A stretch of 64,000 bases of DNA from a virus (IMGVR_UViG_3300031419_000378:1-64000), one strand, 5' to 3'; positions 28,537-40,286 are shown, counted from the first letter of the stretch. Translations and numbers: made by a program. Notes: generated by a model not told the origin, from the letters alone.

Positions 28537-29004
28537 ATGGCGAATTTAACGAAAGAGCAACGCGCGGCGCGTCAGGCGGAAGAGCTTCAAAAGCAGCAGG
28601 CGGAGCAACAGCAGTTGGAACAGCAGCGTACCGAGTTAGACCAGCAACGGCAGGAGCTGGAACAGCAGCAACAGCAACTCATTTTGCAGCAGGAGCAACT
28701 GGCGCAGGATCAGCAGCAACTGAATCAGGAGCGTCAGCAGCTCGAACAGGACCGCCAGAAATTTGATGATGAGCGAAATCTGGCGCTCTTGCAGGCTTCA
28801 CTTAATAAACCGGTGGCAGGCGAACAGAGCGATGTGGATGCCAATGGCGTATCAACATTTACGCCGTCTGTTGAAAGCGCCGCCACCGTTACGATGGTGC
28901 GCCAATTTCCGGAATTCCCTGGCGGCCCTACCGAGGCCAGAGTTCACTCCGATAACGTCCATAAATGGATCGAGCATGGCTGGCTGGTGGTCGCCGAGGG
29001 CTAA
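28537..29004 (+). CDS. Head-associated protein with Gln-rich heptad repeats
   Basis: QQQLEQQRTELDQQRQELEQQ.. coiled coil; GGAGG RBS. Confidence 0.6.
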   Translation: MANLTKEQRAARQAEELQKQQAEQQQLEQQRTELDQQRQELEQQQQQLILQQEQLAQDQQQLNQERQQLEQDRQKFDDERNLALLQASLNKPVAGEQSDVDANGVSTFTPSVESAATVTMVRQFPEFPGGPTEARVHSDNVHKWIEHGWLVVAEG

Positions 29005-29006
29005 AT

Positions 29007-29399
29007 ATGCGCACGTTCATCACAATTGCACAGGTGGACGCGTTATTAGGGACAGGGTGGACAGAAGACAGCAAAAAATCGCGCTCTGTGCTGTCTGCCA
29101 ACGCGTGGATGAATGGCCTGAATCTGCATCTAAAAGGTGAAGCCATTCCTGAAAACGTGGTGCTGGCGGGTGCCTACGCTGCGCAGGCTGCTGCCAATGG
29201 CGGGTTATTCCAGCAGAAAACTGACTCCGGCGTACTCACCAGCCGCTCTGTAGAGGTTGATGGGGCTAAAGTCTCGAAATCCTATTCAGCGCTATCCACC
29301 AACAGCACCGCCTTGCTCGATTCAGACTTACAACTGGCGCTGGCGCTACTGCGACCCTATGGGGCCAGTACATCGCAAATACGCGTTAACAGGGGGTAA
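29007..29399 (+). CDS. Head-tail adaptor
   Basis: MRTFITIAQVDALLG..; neck position. Confidence 0.6.
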   Translation: MRTFITIAQVDALLGTGWTEDSKKSRSVLSANAWMNGLNLHLKGEAIPENVVLAGAYAAQAAANGGLFQQKTDSGVLTSRSVEVDGAKVSKSYSALSTNSTALLDSDLQLALALLRPYGASTSQIRVNRG

Positions 29400-29401
29400 C
29401 G

Positions 29402-29785
29402 GTGGGTATTCGTGACGAGTTGCAGGCAGAGATTGCTGCAGCATTTGATGATGATTTGAAAGATGCGGTTTGTGAGTTTTCAGGGGCGAGTTTTTCAGAA
29501 ACCAGCGTTGATCCGGTAACGGAGCAGATTACCGGCGAAAAAATCAGTTATTCAGGTCGTGGCGTGCTGTCCCGATACCGGCTGGACAGTGTTGATGGTG
29601 TCAACATCCTGCGCGGTGACCTGAAGCTTACAGCGCTGACAAACGAAGTGAGCCGCGAACCGGGAGTGGATCACCTTATCACTGCGCCAGACCTGATTAC
29701 TGGCAAATCCCAGCAATACAAAATCATCAGCGCCGATACAGATCCGACGCTGGCGGCCTACCTTTTGCAACTTCGGAGGGCGTGA
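29402..29785 (+). CDS. Head-closure protein
   Basis: GIRDELQAEIAAAFD..DSVDGVNILRGD.KL; position. Confidence 0.6.
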   Translation: MGIRDELQAEIAAAFDDDLKDAVCEFSGASFSETSVDPVTEQITGEKISYSGRGVLSRYRLDSVDGVNILRGDLKLTALTNEVSREPGVDHLITAPDLITGKSQQYKIISADTDPTLAAYLLQLRRA

Positions 29786-30418
29786 GTGGGAAAATCGTGG
29801 GATTTCGATCCCGTTTCGTTTGCGGGACTCGTTGAGGAGGATGTAGGCAAAAAACAGCGCGCAATCGCTATCCAGTTTTTAAACAGCGTTGTACTCAGAT
29901 CACCTGTTGGAAATCCCGAATTATGGGCCATCAACAGTGCGCAGGTTCGTCAGCGTGATCGTGTAAGTGATATTAATCACGCACTCAGAAACAGCGATGA
30001 GCACGGCACAGCAGATAAAAATGGTAACAGGAGGATTAAAAAGGGCCACAAAGTCACGCTCGCAAAAGCGGTGTATAGCGCTAACACAGGGCCATTTGGC
30101 CCGAAGAAGCCGCGCAAGATGCAACGGGGACAGGGAGAGATTTACCGGCCACCTGATTATCGCGCCGGTACATTTCGGGCCTCGCATTTCGTGAGCATAG
30201 ACCAGCCCAGCAATTGGGTTCCTGCAGAACCGGATCCGGGAGGTGCAAAAACTATCGAGGCTGGTGTTGCAACCATATCCACCGCCCCGAATTTCTCAAA
30301 AATTTATATCCAGACAAATCTGCCGTACTCCGTCGCGCTCGAAAACGGGCATTCCAAACAGGCACCAACCGGCGTCTATGCCGTGTCGTTTAACGATATT
30401 GTCCAGGCCTACAAATGA
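29786..30418 (+). CDS. HK97 gp10-like tail-completion protein
   Basis: V..SPVG...G.FRAS..IYIQTNLPYSVALENGHSKQAP.G. Confidence 0.75.
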   Translation: MGKSWDFDPVSFAGLVEEDVGKKQRAIAIQFLNSVVLRSPVGNPELWAINSAQVRQRDRVSDINHALRNSDEHGTADKNGNRRIKKGHKVTLAKAVYSANTGPFGPKKPRKMQRGQGEIYRPPDYRAGTFRASHFVSIDQPSNWVPAEPDPGGAKTIEAGVATISTAPNFSKIYIQTNLPYSVALENGHSKQAPTGVYAVSFNDIVQAYK

Positions 30419-30807
30419 CGTTCACAGAAATCAGAGAGGCCATCACCAGACGGATGACGGCCCAGACGGCTATTCCTGCTGATGCGGTGACATATCCGAA
30501 TGGACCAGTTTTCGATCCGTCAGGGCGGGCTATATGGGCGCGACTGAATGACATATCAGGGCTGTCAGGCGCTAATGAAATCGGTGCGGGGGCGGTAGTC
30601 CATCGCACAGGTGTGATCATCATTCAGTTGTTCGTTCCAGCGGGTTCTCGCTCGCTCCTCATCACTCAGACCGCTGACAAAATCCGGGAGCTATTCGAGT
30701 TTCAGGATGATGGGCGGCTGAGCTACTTCTCAGTTTCAACGGTGCCAGCGGGTGAAACCGATGGCTGGTATCAGCTGAATCTGCAAATCCCTTATCGGGC
30801 TATTTAA
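30415..30807 (+). CDS. Tail terminator protein
   Basis: YPN...DP.G..IWARL..G...IQLF.P.GS; position before the tube gene. Confidence 0.7.
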   Translation: MTFTEIREAITRRMTAQTAIPADAVTYPNGPVFDPSGRAIWARLNDISGLSGANEIGAGAVVHRTGVIIIQLFVPAGSRSLLITQTADKIRELFEFQDDGRLSYFSVSTVPAGETDGWYQLNLQIPYRAI

Positions 30808-30831
30808 CCTATTCAAAATGGAGGTGTCCGC

Positions 30832-31776
30832 ATGTCCAGCGGCGCTAAGGTCGTCTCGGCCTATATTCGGGAAGCCACCGCAGGTGTCACACCTGCGGCA
30901 GGCGTATGGAATCTGCTCAAACGCACATCATGGGGTATTGCTCCCGACCAGAGCACTGACGATAACGACGAGATCGGCGGCTCTCGCATGGCTCAAGGCA
31001 AAAGCATGGGCACCGTTGATGTCGGGGGCGATGTCGAAACTAAATTCCGCTGGGGCCAGCATGATGAATTTCTTGCGTCTTGTTTCGGTGCGGAGTGGGT
31101 TGATGATGTGCTGACGATGGGCAATGACCGTATTGCATTCAGTATGGCCACGTATGCCTCTGACATCGGCGTAGCGTCCATTGCTCGTGGCTGTCAGGTT
31201 GGCACGTTCAAAATGGAAATCCCAAATGATGGCGACATTACTGCAACCATTACCGTTGCCGGTCTGGACTGGGATTCAAATGCCGACAGCAAAAGTTATT
31301 TTTCTGAGCCATCAGATAATGCAGGGGATCTGCGTTACTCCTTTAAAAACGTCTCAGATATCAGTCTGAACGGCGTTGATGGTGGCAGCGGATTCTGTAT
31401 TGATTCATTCGATATCTCATTTGATAACAACCTGCAGACTCAGCGCTGTATCGGTACTGGCTCAGCGTTCGCTGGTGCAAATATACAGACCACATTCACG
31501 CCGTCAGGCTCTATTACTCTGTCATGGTCAAAAGCTGCGTGGGTGGTGTGGAGCAAAAGCCTGACCGGGGCAACAGTGCCATTCAGTTTTGCTATCGCCA
31601 ACGATGAAGGTTCGTACATGTTCGATTTTCCAAAAGTTCAGGTGGCCGGCGACTGGCCGGATGGTGGTAATACGGAAATCATTCAGGTTCAACTGGATAT
31701 CACCGCAGCAGACGTTTCACCGACTATTACCCGTAAAGCCGCAGCAAGCGCGGACGACGACAGCGATCCTGCTTAA
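30832..31776 (+). CDS. Major tail tube protein
   Basis: MSSGAKV..AYIRE.T.G.TP..G.W..L.RT; size and position. Confidence 0.8.
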   Translation: MSSGAKVVSAYIREATAGVTPAAGVWNLLKRTSWGIAPDQSTDDNDEIGGSRMAQGKSMGTVDVGGDVETKFRWGQHDEFLASCFGAEWVDDVLTMGNDRIAFSMATYASDIGVASIARGCQVGTFKMEIPNDGDITATITVAGLDWDSNADSKSYFSEPSDNAGDLRYSFKNVSDISLNGVDGGSGFCIDSFDISFDNNLQTQRCIGTGSAFAGANIQTTFTPSGSITLSWSKAAWVVWSKSLTGATVPFSFAIANDEGSYMFDFPKVQVAGDWPDGGNTEIIQVQLDITAADVSPTITRKAAASADDDSDPA

Positions 31777-31809
31777 CAGGCAGGCTGAGTATTTACAGGA
31801 AGGTTTTTA

Positions 31810-32325
31810 ATGTTATTGATTTCAGAAAAAATTGATTTAAATGGCGAGCGCTGGATCGGTGAAAAAGAAGGGCTGGAGAAGGGGTTGCGGCTTAAAGTCG
31901 GCAGCATACAAAACCCGGAATATCGGTCCCGTAATGCATTAATTCGCCGCCACATGGATAAACTGGACGCCACCTATAACGTTGGCACCAGTGAATTCAT
32001 TCTGTCACAGGTAGGTGATATTGATTCCAGCGATGATCTGCTGATCGAGAACTGCGCCCGATATTTATTGCTCGACTGGCAGGGCGTTGGCGAGATGATA
32101 GGCGGCAAAGCCCAGGCGATTGACTATACCCCTGAAAAGGGGATTTTGCTGCTGCAGGCACAGCCCACCCTATACTGGATTATCCTGTCCGTTGCCGCCC
32201 AGATTGCCGAGGGCAAACAGAAGCAGGTTGAGGATACCGTGGGAAAGTACTCGAAGCCCAAAAATGGCTCCAGGAGTTCGGCGGCGAGAAATCGGAGAAG
32301 GCGCGCTGGCGCCGCGAACAATTAA
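31810..32325 (+). CDS. Tail assembly chaperone (gpG-like)
   Basis: Between tube and TMP; carries the slippery site. Confidence 0.75.
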   Translation: MLLISEKIDLNGERWIGEKEGLEKGLRLKVGSIQNPEYRSRNALIRRHMDKLDATYNVGTSEFILSQVGDIDSSDDLLIENCARYLLLDWQGVGEMIGGKAQAIDYTPEKGILLLQAQPTLYWIILSVAAQIAEGKQKQVEDTVGKYSKPKNGSRSSAARNRRRRAGAANN

Positions 32326-32597
32326 AACTGCCTCCCATACCTGAGCCAGATTTCGACAGTGTCTGCTCTGAAATCCTTTCTGCCTATTCCGTCATATCAC
32401 GCCAGCGCCGATATGCGGGTTCTAACGCCGTTCCTCTTCCCATCAGCTGTGCTGAAATAGCCGGTTTTCTTACCTCACATCGCCTGATGATAGATCGAGA
32501 TGAGTTTGAGGCGTCGATATACGCCCTTGATGATGCGTTTCGAACGAACTGGGCTGAGCAACAGGAGAGGATTAGAAGGAAACAAAAAAATAAATAA
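32241..32597 (+). other. Programmed -1 frameshift site G GGA AAG and gpGT-like extension frame
   Basis: GGGAAAG at 32241-32247 (same heptamer as lambda G/T); -1 frame open to TAA at 32595-32597 (VLEAQKWLQEFGGE..). Confidence 0.8.
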
Positions 32598-32640
32598 AAA
32601 AATGCCTGCTTTTGCGGGCTTTTTTTATCTGGAGTAAAAA

Positions 32641-35600
32641 ATGTCTGAAACCGAGTCCAGGCTTGCGGTCGTTATTGACAGTACGGGCGCTGAGAAAAAT
32701 GCAGTAAACCTCACGACAGCGCTTCAGGGATTGACCGAGTGGGGGCAGAAAGCGGCTTCCAGTGCCAATAAAGTCACAAAAGCTTCTGAAGATGAAAAGA
32801 CTGCTTTAGAAAAATTAAAAACTGCTATCGATCCAGTCGGTGCAGCGATCAACACAGTCGGCCGCAGATTTTCAGAACTAAAAAAATATTTCGATAAAGG
32901 TTTAATCGACAAAGAAGAATTCGATTTTCTTGCCAAAAAATTAAACGAAACCACCGAGGAATTAAGCGGCGTTGCTCAGGCACAGCGCGAGGCTGAAAAA
33001 GCAGGCAGAGCCGCGGCAGCACAGCAGCAGGCGCAGGCACGCGCATTCGACGCGATGCTGGCGAAAATCGATCCTCTGGCAGCTTCACTCAAAAATCTGG
33101 ATCAGCAGCAGCGCGCCCTGGCTGAAGCTGCGACGGGTGGCAGGCTGAACCTTGAGGAGTTCGATGCTTACTCCGCGAAACTGGCTGAAGCACGCCGGGA
33201 ATTAACTGGCGAGGCCCAGGCAGAACGCGATGCTGAAAAAGCGCATAGAGCGCAGGTTGCTGCACTTCAGGCAACACTCGATAAGCTGGATCCGCTGGCG
33301 GCGGCCCTTAAAAACCTCGAAGCCCAGCAGCGCACTCTTTCTAAGGCTTTGTCGTCGGGTAAAATCAACGCCGAGCAGTACGATAACTACAGCAAGAAAT
33401 TGGCAGAAGCACGTCGCGAAGTAACCGGTGAGGCGAAGGCGGAGCGGGAGGCTATCAAAGCCCATGAGGAGCAGCGCGCAGCACTCCAGCGGCTGGTTGC
33501 TCAGCTCGATCCTGTCAGCGAGAGTTTTCGACGTCTGGAGCAGCAGCAACAGCAACTGGATAAGGCAAAATCAACGGGCCTTCTTTCAACAGACTCTTAC
33601 TCTAAATTGTCCGGCACCCTGAGTGAAATGCGTGCTGAGCTGGAAAAATCGCAGACTCAGCTGGCAAGAACGGGCATGTCCGCTAAACAAACCGCCTGGG
33701 CCATGCGCATGATACCGGCCCAGATGACCGACATTGTAGTGGGCCTCTCAACCGGTCAGTCTCCGTTCATGATTCTGATGCAGCAGGGCGGCCAGCTTAA
33801 GGACATGTTTGGCGGTATCGGTCCTGCCATCAAGGGCATGGCAACTTATGTGGCTGGTTTAATCAATCCGGCCACGCTTGCCGCTGGCGCTGTCGGTGTT
33901 CTGGGGCTGGCCTATTATAAAGGGCAGCAGGAGCAGGACCGGTTTAATCAGTCTCTGACGTTAACCAATAATCTGGTCGGAAAAACTGCCAGCGAACTGG
34001 TAGCTATGTCCTCGCGTGTAGCCGCCACCGCAAACTCAACTACCGGCGCAGCGTCGGCAGTGATTAACGAACTGGTCGGCACTGGTAAAGTTGCGGGCGA
34101 CGAACTGGAGCGCGTGGCAACCGCGATAGTTGAGATTACGCGTGAAACGGGTATCTCTACCGACGAGCTGGTGGGGAATTTTAATGAGCTATCAGGTAAG
34201 CCACTTAGTGCACTGGTCAGCCTAAACGATAAATATCATTTCCTGACGCTGGCGACGTATAACCAGGTTAAGGCGCTGCAGGATGAGGGCAACCAGCAGG
34301 AGGCCGCGCGCGTTGCAACTGAGGCGTACGCAAGCGCGATGCAGCAACGCTCTCAGGAGATCCACAACAACCTCGGATCGCTTGAGCGCGCATGGAATTC
34401 CCTGGCAAATGCTGCCGGTAATGCTTGGGATAAAATGCTGGATATTGGCAGAGGCCAGTCACCGGCTGACGCACTGGCTACGCTCAACAAAAACATAGCA
34501 GATGCACAGAAACGTCAGGCAGAGGGCGGAATCTGGAACAGATTTACGGCCAATGCCAATGGCTACAACCTGCCTGAGATGATCAAACAGCGTGATGAGC
34601 TGCAGGCACAAATCACAACGCAGGATGTTCTAACCGGCGCGATCACTAAGCACGACCAGGCGCAGCAAAAACTGGTCAAAACTCAGATCGAGGCAGACAG
34701 AGCCAACGAGCTATTTCTCAGCAATGCCGAGCGCCGTAATAAAGCGATAAAGGAGCAGAAAAAGTTTCTGGATGCGGGAGCAATTAGCGCGCAGCAATAC
34801 GCTAATAATGTCCAGCGCATCAATGAAATGTATAAAGATCCGAAACCGGCTAAAACTCCTAAAACGCCGAAAGCCAAAGCGTACAGAGAGGATGCAGGGG
34901 CGCGTCTGCTGGAATCTATTCATCAGCAAACTGCAGCACTAAATGCGCAGCTCGTTTCGGCTGACAAGCTTTCATCAGCAACTCAGAAACGCATCAAATT
35001 TGAGCAGCAGATTTCAGAGCTGAAGGGGAAGGCCAAACTCACCACGGACCAAAAATCATTACTGGCGCAATCAGACGAAATCATTCAAGCGTATAAAGCT
35101 CAGGAGGCACTGCAGGCCCAGGTAACGACGCTGACGGATTTCCACAAAATGCAGTTGGCCGTTCGTGACCAGGTTCAGAAGACAAACGACCTGCTGACTA
35201 CCCGGCTTGCGCTGCTCGAAAAGGCCAAAGCCACCGGACAACTCAAGCCCGGTGAGTATGACAAAACCAAGGCCGATATTTATAAAAATACGCCTGTGAC
35301 GTTGCCAAAAACTGTCACACAGGTCACCGGGACGCTGGCACCGCAGGGCGGCCAGTTATCAGGATCGTATGGAGGTATGCAGACCCAACTTAATCAGGTG
35401 ATGCAGGCACAACAGCAACTCCAGCTCTGGCTGCAGCAGCAGCAGGCCGCTTACGCTCAGGCTGCGCAGATCACCACCGAAGGCGAGGCCAGAATGACGG
35501 CCATCAGGCAGAAAGCGGCAGAGGCTAATCAGGCGCTGGAAACGCAGAAAACTACGCTGATTAACACGGCCACGCAGAGCATGATGGACAGCAGCCTTTC

Positions 35601-36228
35601 TATCTTGGCGACGGGATTTGGTGAGCAGTCGGGGATCTATAAAGCAGCGTTTGCAGCGAGCAAGGCGTTCGCTATTGCTCAGTCTCTGGTCTCCATCCAG
35701 CAGGGTATTGCGATGGCTGCGGCGAACCCATTCCCGTATAACATCGCGGCAATGGCATCAGTTGCGGCGGCAACAGCCAGCATTGTTTCTGACCTCTCAT
35801 CGGTTGCTGGTGTGGGTTTCAAAAGCGGCGGCTTCACCGGTAGCGGAGGAGTTAACGACATTGCCGGGGTAGTACATGGCAAGGAATACGTTTTTGATGC
35901 TGCCGCAACTAAAAGCATCGGTGTTTCAAATCTTGATAACATCCGCAAAAACGGGCTGGACGCCACTTTGTCACGCGAGGGATATGGAACCGGCGCGACA
36001 AACGTGTCTGGAGATACTGTTTCAACTAAGCAGAATTTTAATTTTACTGGCTCGCCCATTTCCATAAATGGTAACCCGTCTGATACCACGATTGCGCTCG
36101 TCAGGCAGGCACAAATTGAGGGGGCTAAACAGGGTTATGAAATGGTCGCCAAACATCTGGCAAGCGGGCAGGGTAAGGTCTCGAAAGCGCTGGGTAATGG
36201 CTGGAACACAAAACGGAGAATCGGCTAA
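32641..36228 (+). CDS. Tail tape measure protein
   Basis: 1195 aa, Ala/Gln-rich helical; [29 protein letters not shown] motif; repeated DPL units. Confidence 0.92.
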   Translation: MSETESRLAVVIDSTGAEKNAVNLTTALQGLTEWGQKAASSANKVTKASEDEKTALEKLKTAIDPVGAAINTVGRRFSELKKYFDKGLIDKEEFDFLAKKLNETTEELSGVAQAQREAEKAGRAAAAQQQAQARAFDAMLAKIDPLAASLKNLDQQQRALAEAATGGRLNLEEFDAYSAKLAEARRELTGEAQAERDAEKAHRAQVAALQATLDKLDPLAAALKNLEAQQRTLSKALSSGKINAEQYDNYSKKLAEARREVTGEAKAEREAIKAHEEQRAALQRLVAQLDPVSESFRRLEQQQQQLDKAKSTGLLSTDSYSKLSGTLSEMRAELEKSQTQLARTGMSAKQTAWAMRMIPAQMTDIVVGLSTGQSPFMILMQQGGQLKDMFGGIGPAIKGMATYVAGLINPATLAAGAVGVLGLAYYKGQQEQDRFNQSLTLTNNLVGKTASELVAMSSRVAATANSTTGAASAVINELVGTGKVAGDELERVATAIVEITRETGISTDELVGNFNELSGKPLSALVSLNDKYHFLTLATYNQVKALQDEGNQQEAARVATEAYASAMQQRSQEIHNNLGSLERAWNSLANAAGNAWDKMLDIGRGQSPADALATLNKNIADAQKRQAEGGIWNRFTANANGYNLPEMIKQRDELQAQITTQDVLTGAITKHDQAQQKLVKTQIEADRANELFLSNAERRNKAIKEQKKFLDAGAISAQQYANNVQRINEMYKDPKPAKTPKTPKAKAYREDAGARLLESIHQQTAALNAQLVSADKLSSATQKRIKFEQQISELKGKAKLTTDQKSLLAQSDEIIQAYKAQEALQAQVTTLTDFHKMQLAVRDQVQKTNDLLTTRLALLEKAKATGQLKPGEYDKTKADIYKNTPVTLPKTVTQVTGTLAPQGGQLSGSYGGMQTQLNQVMQAQQQLQLWLQQQQAAYAQAAQITTEGEARMTAIRQKAAEANQALETQKTTLINTATQSMMDSSLSILATGFGEQSGIYKAAFAASKAFAIAQSLVSIQQGIAMAAANPFPYNIAAMASVAAATASIVSDLSSVAGVGFKSGGFTGSGGVNDIAGVVHGKEYVFDAAATKSIGVSNLDNIRKNGLDATLSREGYGTGATNVSGDTVSTKQNFNFTGSPISINGNPSDTTIALVRQAQIEGAKQGYEMVAKHLASGQGKVSKALGNGWNTKRRIG

Positions 36229-36701
36229 TGGCGGATATTTTTTATCCTCATGATTATCTGCCTATGCCGCTGCAGGACGGCTATGGGTTTGAACCAATAG
36301 ATCCGCTGCTGCGTACCACTATGACGTCAGGCAGGGCGCGCCAGCGCCGTCGCTATCTATCAACTCCCACCAATGCCTCAGTAACCTGGCAATTTTTGAA
36401 TCAGGGGGCGGCTCAGTATTTCGAATTGTGGTACCGCTACATCCTGAAAGACGGGGTGAACTGGTTTTACATGAAACTGCAGACCCCAATCGGGCTGGAT
36501 GATTATAAATGCCGGTTCATGGGTATTTATAAAGGGCCGACCCTGGTTCCTCCGCATTACTGGCAGTACACGGCAACGCTGGAATTATGGGACAGGCCCA
36601 CGATTGATAGCTCATGGGGTGAGTTCCCTGATTACATTGTCAACGCCAATATTATTGATCTGGCTCTGAATAGAGAGTGGCCCAAAAATGACGGTACTTA
36701 A
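36228..36701 (+). CDS. Distal tail protein
   Basis: YP..YLP.PL..GYG..P....RT.M.SGRARQRR; follows TMP. Confidence 0.75.
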   Translation: MADIFYPHDYLPMPLQDGYGFEPIDPLLRTTMTSGRARQRRRYLSTPTNASVTWQFLNQGAAQYFELWYRYILKDGVNWFYMKLQTPIGLDDYKCRFMGIYKGPTLVPPHYWQYTATLELWDRPTIDSSWGEFPDYIVNANIIDLALNREWPKNDGT

Positions 36702-37170
36702 CAGGCTTTACGCCTCTGGCGGCAGTGAGGTCATCCTTGAGACGCTGGAAATTAATGTCGCCGGTAAAACGCACTGGCTGGCTGGCGGATGGACTGATTT
36801 CACCGCCACAATCGAGACGGGGGAGGTAAAAACCTTTACTGCCTGCGGCATAGATATCGCCCTGCCTGCAAAAAACGCAGACGGTACTCAGGATCTCAAT
36901 TTTGCTATCTGCAATGTGGATGGGGTTGTTTCATCAGAGGTGAGAGACGCGATCAATAATCTGCAGGATGCATATCTGATTTACCGCTGCTTCATTTCAA
37001 CCGACAGATCAGCACCAGCCAATGTTCCCTATACGCTCAAGATTAAATCTGGTTACTGGACGGCGGTTGAGGTTCAGTTCACAGCCGGTTATATGAACGT
37101 ACTCGATACAGCCTGGCCGCGCTGGCGTTACACGCTCCCGGAATTTCCGGGACTGCGCTACATTTCCTGA
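36688..37170 (+). CDS. DUF1833-family tail tip protein
   Basis: LNRLYASGG.EVI..TL..F.ACGIDIALP.KN.DGTQDL.FAI.N.DG. Confidence 0.8.
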   Translation: MTVLNRLYASGGSEVILETLEINVAGKTHWLAGGWTDFTATIETGEVKTFTACGIDIALPAKNADGTQDLNFAICNVDGVVSSEVRDAINNLQDAYLIYRCFISTDRSAPANVPYTLKIKSGYWTAVEVQFTAGYMNVLDTAWPRWRYTLPEFPGLRYIS

Positions 37171-37191
37171 TTCTTCCAAAAAGGTTTTATT

Positions 37192-37572
37192 TTGTTCAAT
37201 CCTGAAAAATACCTTTCAGCTGTATGGCTGGAGGGCGGGCGCACTTTTCCCGAAATTGACTGTTTCGGGCTAATTAACGAAATACGGCGCGACATGAATT
37301 TACCCGCCTGGCCTGAATTTGCCGGTGTAACAAAAAACGATGACGGCCTAAACCGAGAGGCACTGAAGCTGATGAAAACACTCACGCGCTGTGAGCCTCA
37401 GGTTGGCGCAGGCGTGGCATGTTACACCGGTAGTCTGGTGACGCATGTGGCGATCATCGTCAGTATCGACGGCATGCTATTTGTCGCCGAGTGCAACCCT
37501 AAACTCAATGTAACTTTCATGTCATTAGCCCGATTTAAACGGCGATTTGTTAAGGTTGAATTCTGGCTATGA
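37192..37572 (+). CDS. NlpC/P60-like tail tip protein (gpK-like)
   Basis: DCFGL and HVAI motifs; position. Confidence 0.7.
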   Translation: MFNPEKYLSAVWLEGGRTFPEIDCFGLINEIRRDMNLPAWPEFAGVTKNDDGLNREALKLMKTLTRCEPQVGAGVACYTGSLVTHVAIIVSIDGMLFVAECNPKLNVTFMSLARFKRRFVKVEFWL

Positions 37573-40286
37573 CTATCCGCATTTATCCCTCTCGTTTGCC
37601 TGGTGAGCCTCTGGAAACACATTGCCACGATGCTATGACGCTGCATGAATGGATGACCGCTAACGTCAGCGGCTACAGCATTAATCGCGAACAGCCGGTG
37701 ACAGTCGAAATTAATGGCCGGCGTCTTTTTCCTGAAAAATGGAACATAGATATTCTCAGGCCTTCTGATGATGTCAGAATTTATCCTGTGCCGCGTGGTG
37801 CTGTAGCACTTGCCTGGGTTGCGGTCGCAATGGCAGTCGCATCTGCGGCATATGCAATTTTCTCTGCCAGAGGAATGGATAGCTCTTATCAGTCTGTGGG
37901 TTCTGGCTCTTCACTGGATCTAAATCCCGCTAAGGCGAACAGTCCCGCGCTGGGTGACCCAATCAGAGAGGTTTTTGGCAAGCATCAAATCTACCCGGAT
38001 TACGTTGTGTCACCAGTCGGCCGTTTTGACTCAAATGATCCTGAAAAATATGTCGTAAGCCTTTTCGTTTGCCTTGGAGTAGGAAATTTTTCTTTCTCCG
38101 AGGGTGATCTCAGGGTGGGCTCCACACCGGTCACATCGCTGGGGGATGGATTTAGTTATGCGGTTTTTCCTCCAGGATCAAATGTTGGCGGTGATGAAAG
38201 GACAGAGAATTGGTTTATCTCAACTGAGGTTGGGGGGACTTCGAGCGGCAGCGGCCTTGATATGGGTACTACAGCGCCTGAAACCGATGACATTTTGGCT
38301 GACTCAATTACGGTCGCAGGTGGCTCACTAACGTTCAGTAACCTCGTCACAGACGATGACGGTGGATCGACGTCCAATGACAATAAATTGCCAGAAAGCT
38401 GGATTGTGGGCGCTTCTGTAACGCTCATTGTGCCTGACTCATTCAGTGTCACAACCAGCGGGCTTTACAGCCAGATTACTGGCGCCAGTCTTAGTGAACT
38501 GGCCCCCTATGTCGGCATGCCTGTTTCTCTGGTTTATAACAGCATCACCTATTCTCTGCTGATTGCCAGCTACACGCCAGCATCTGAGGAAACGCAGGCG
38601 TCGGTAACACTGGCTTATGAGGGCAGCAATGGCGCAGCATTCTCAGGCATCCCGGAGGGTATGCAACGAATTTCCCTGAGTCATTCCGGGAGCAATTATC
38701 GACTGCTCACTACTGATGGTGCATCGGTGACAGTGGCACGGTTGATTAATGGAGTTCAGGACGGAACATGGCCCGGATTCAGCGCCCGCACTTCTCTCGA
38801 TTTTCAGGCTACGGGCATCAATGACAATGAGAAATGGCTGGGGCCGTTTCTTGCCTGTCCTGAGAATGAAACCACCAACTGTTTTGAGGTAAATTTTTCT
38901 TTTCCGTCAGGAATTTGCGGATTTAAAGATAACGGAAAGAAAAAGGATCGCACCGTCAAACTGGAACTTCAATATCGAGTCTATGGTTCCGGGGAGGGCT
39001 GGACCTCCAAAAAATATAGCTACAAAAATAAATCTATAAACGGCCTGGGTTACACCGAGAGAATCACAACCAGCAAATCAGGGCTGGTGGAGGTCCGTTG
39101 CCGCCGAACCAACGAGCAGGGCGAGAAAAATTGCCGCGATAGCGCATACTGGCAGGCATTGAGAGCGCGCCTACCGGCGCGCCCAGCAAGCTATAAAGGC
39201 GTCACTACAATGGCTGTTAGTGTCGAAACAGGCGGTAAATTAGCTGCTCAGTCGGATCGTCGCATAAATGCTGTGGTAACACGTCAATACGATAGGGGAA
39301 CAGCCAGAACCGTTTCAGGAGCATTGTTTCACGTATTGGATAGCCTGAGTATGGCTGCCGATGAAACCACCATAAACTCCCTCGAACAAACCTACTGGAC
39401 CCCACGCCATGAATATTTCGATTTCAGTGCAGACTCTGATAGCACTTCTGCGCTTGATATTCTTCAAGCGATAACGAATGCAGGGATGAGCTATTTTCTG
39501 CTGTCTGATGGACTGGCATCGGCAGGGCGTGAAGGAGTGAAAACCTGGACCGGAGCGATAACACCGCAGGAAACTACTGAGGAACTAAAAACCACGTTCA
39601 CTCTGCCATCACAGGATGATTATGATGGTGTTGACGTTACCTACATCAATGGTGATACGTGGTCAGAGGAAACCATACAGTGCCGGTTACCTGACAGGCC
39701 GACGCCATTAAAAATCGAGAACTACAAACTCGACGGCGTACTGGATAAGGATCGGGCATATCGTATCGGCATGCGCCGTTTAATGGGCTATCGGTATGAA
39801 AAACTGACTCACAACGTCTCCACTGAAATGGACGGCCTCTGTTATGAGTACATGGACCGCGTTGTTCTCGCAGACGATATACCGGGTCATGACACTATAA
39901 GTTGTTTGATAGTTGCGGCCACGTCAGATGGTAAAACTCTGTCGCTAACGCTAAGTGAGCCTCCAGACTGGAATTTCACTAATCCCGTGTGCCTTATACG
40001 GCTGCAGGACGGGACTGCAACGGGCCTCATTAAACCAACATTTATTGATGAGTTCAGTCTGAGCGTTCCGCTTACAGCTGCACTGGCATTCGATGAATGG
40101 ATTATGGACGATCCGGCCGTCGAACCGCCCCGGCTGATTTTCTGCAGTTCCCAGCGGGTTGGATATGACGCGCTTCTGAAAGAAATAACCCCCTCGTCTG
40201 ACGGCACCTGCGAAATCACCGCGACGCAATATACCCCACTCAAATATCAGTATGACGACGCCAGCTATCCCGGCGACGTTTCCTAA
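37569..40286 (+). CDS. TipJ-family central tail tip/host-specificity protein
   Basis: 905 aa; N..KA..P.LGDPIRE.FG...IYPDY; YDG.DV.Y..G.TW; terminator 40290-40312. Confidence 0.85.
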   Translation: MTIRIYPSRLPGEPLETHCHDAMTLHEWMTANVSGYSINREQPVTVEINGRRLFPEKWNIDILRPSDDVRIYPVPRGAVALAWVAVAMAVASAAYAIFSARGMDSSYQSVGSGSSLDLNPAKANSPALGDPIREVFGKHQIYPDYVVSPVGRFDSNDPEKYVVSLFVCLGVGNFSFSEGDLRVGSTPVTSLGDGFSYAVFPPGSNVGGDERTENWFISTEVGGTSSGSGLDMGTTAPETDDILADSITVAGGSLTFSNLVTDDDGGSTSNDNKLPESWIVGASVTLIVPDSFSVTTSGLYSQITGASLSELAPYVGMPVSLVYNSITYSLLIASYTPASEETQASVTLAYEGSNGAAFSGIPEGMQRISLSHSGSNYRLLTTDGASVTVARLINGVQDGTWPGFSARTSLDFQATGINDNEKWLGPFLACPENETTNCFEVNFSFPSGICGFKDNGKKKDRTVKLELQYRVYGSGEGWTSKKYSYKNKSINGLGYTERITTSKSGLVEVRCRRTNEQGEKNCRDSAYWQALRARLPARPASYKGVTTMAVSVETGGKLAAQSDRRINAVVTRQYDRGTARTVSGALFHVLDSLSMAADETTINSLEQTYWTPRHEYFDFSADSDSTSALDILQAITNAGMSYFLLSDGLASAGREGVKTWTGAITPQETTEELKTTFTLPSQDDYDGVDVTYINGDTWSEETIQCRLPDRPTPLKIENYKLDGVLDKDRAYRIGMRRLMGYRYEKLTHNVSTEMDGLCYEYMDRVVLADDIPGHDTISCLIVAATSDGKTLSLTLSEPPDWNFTNPVCLIRLQDGTATGLIKPTFIDEFSLSVPLTAALAFDEWIMDDPAVEPPRLIFCSSQRVGYDALLKEITPSSDGTCEITATQYTPLKYQYDDASYPGDVS

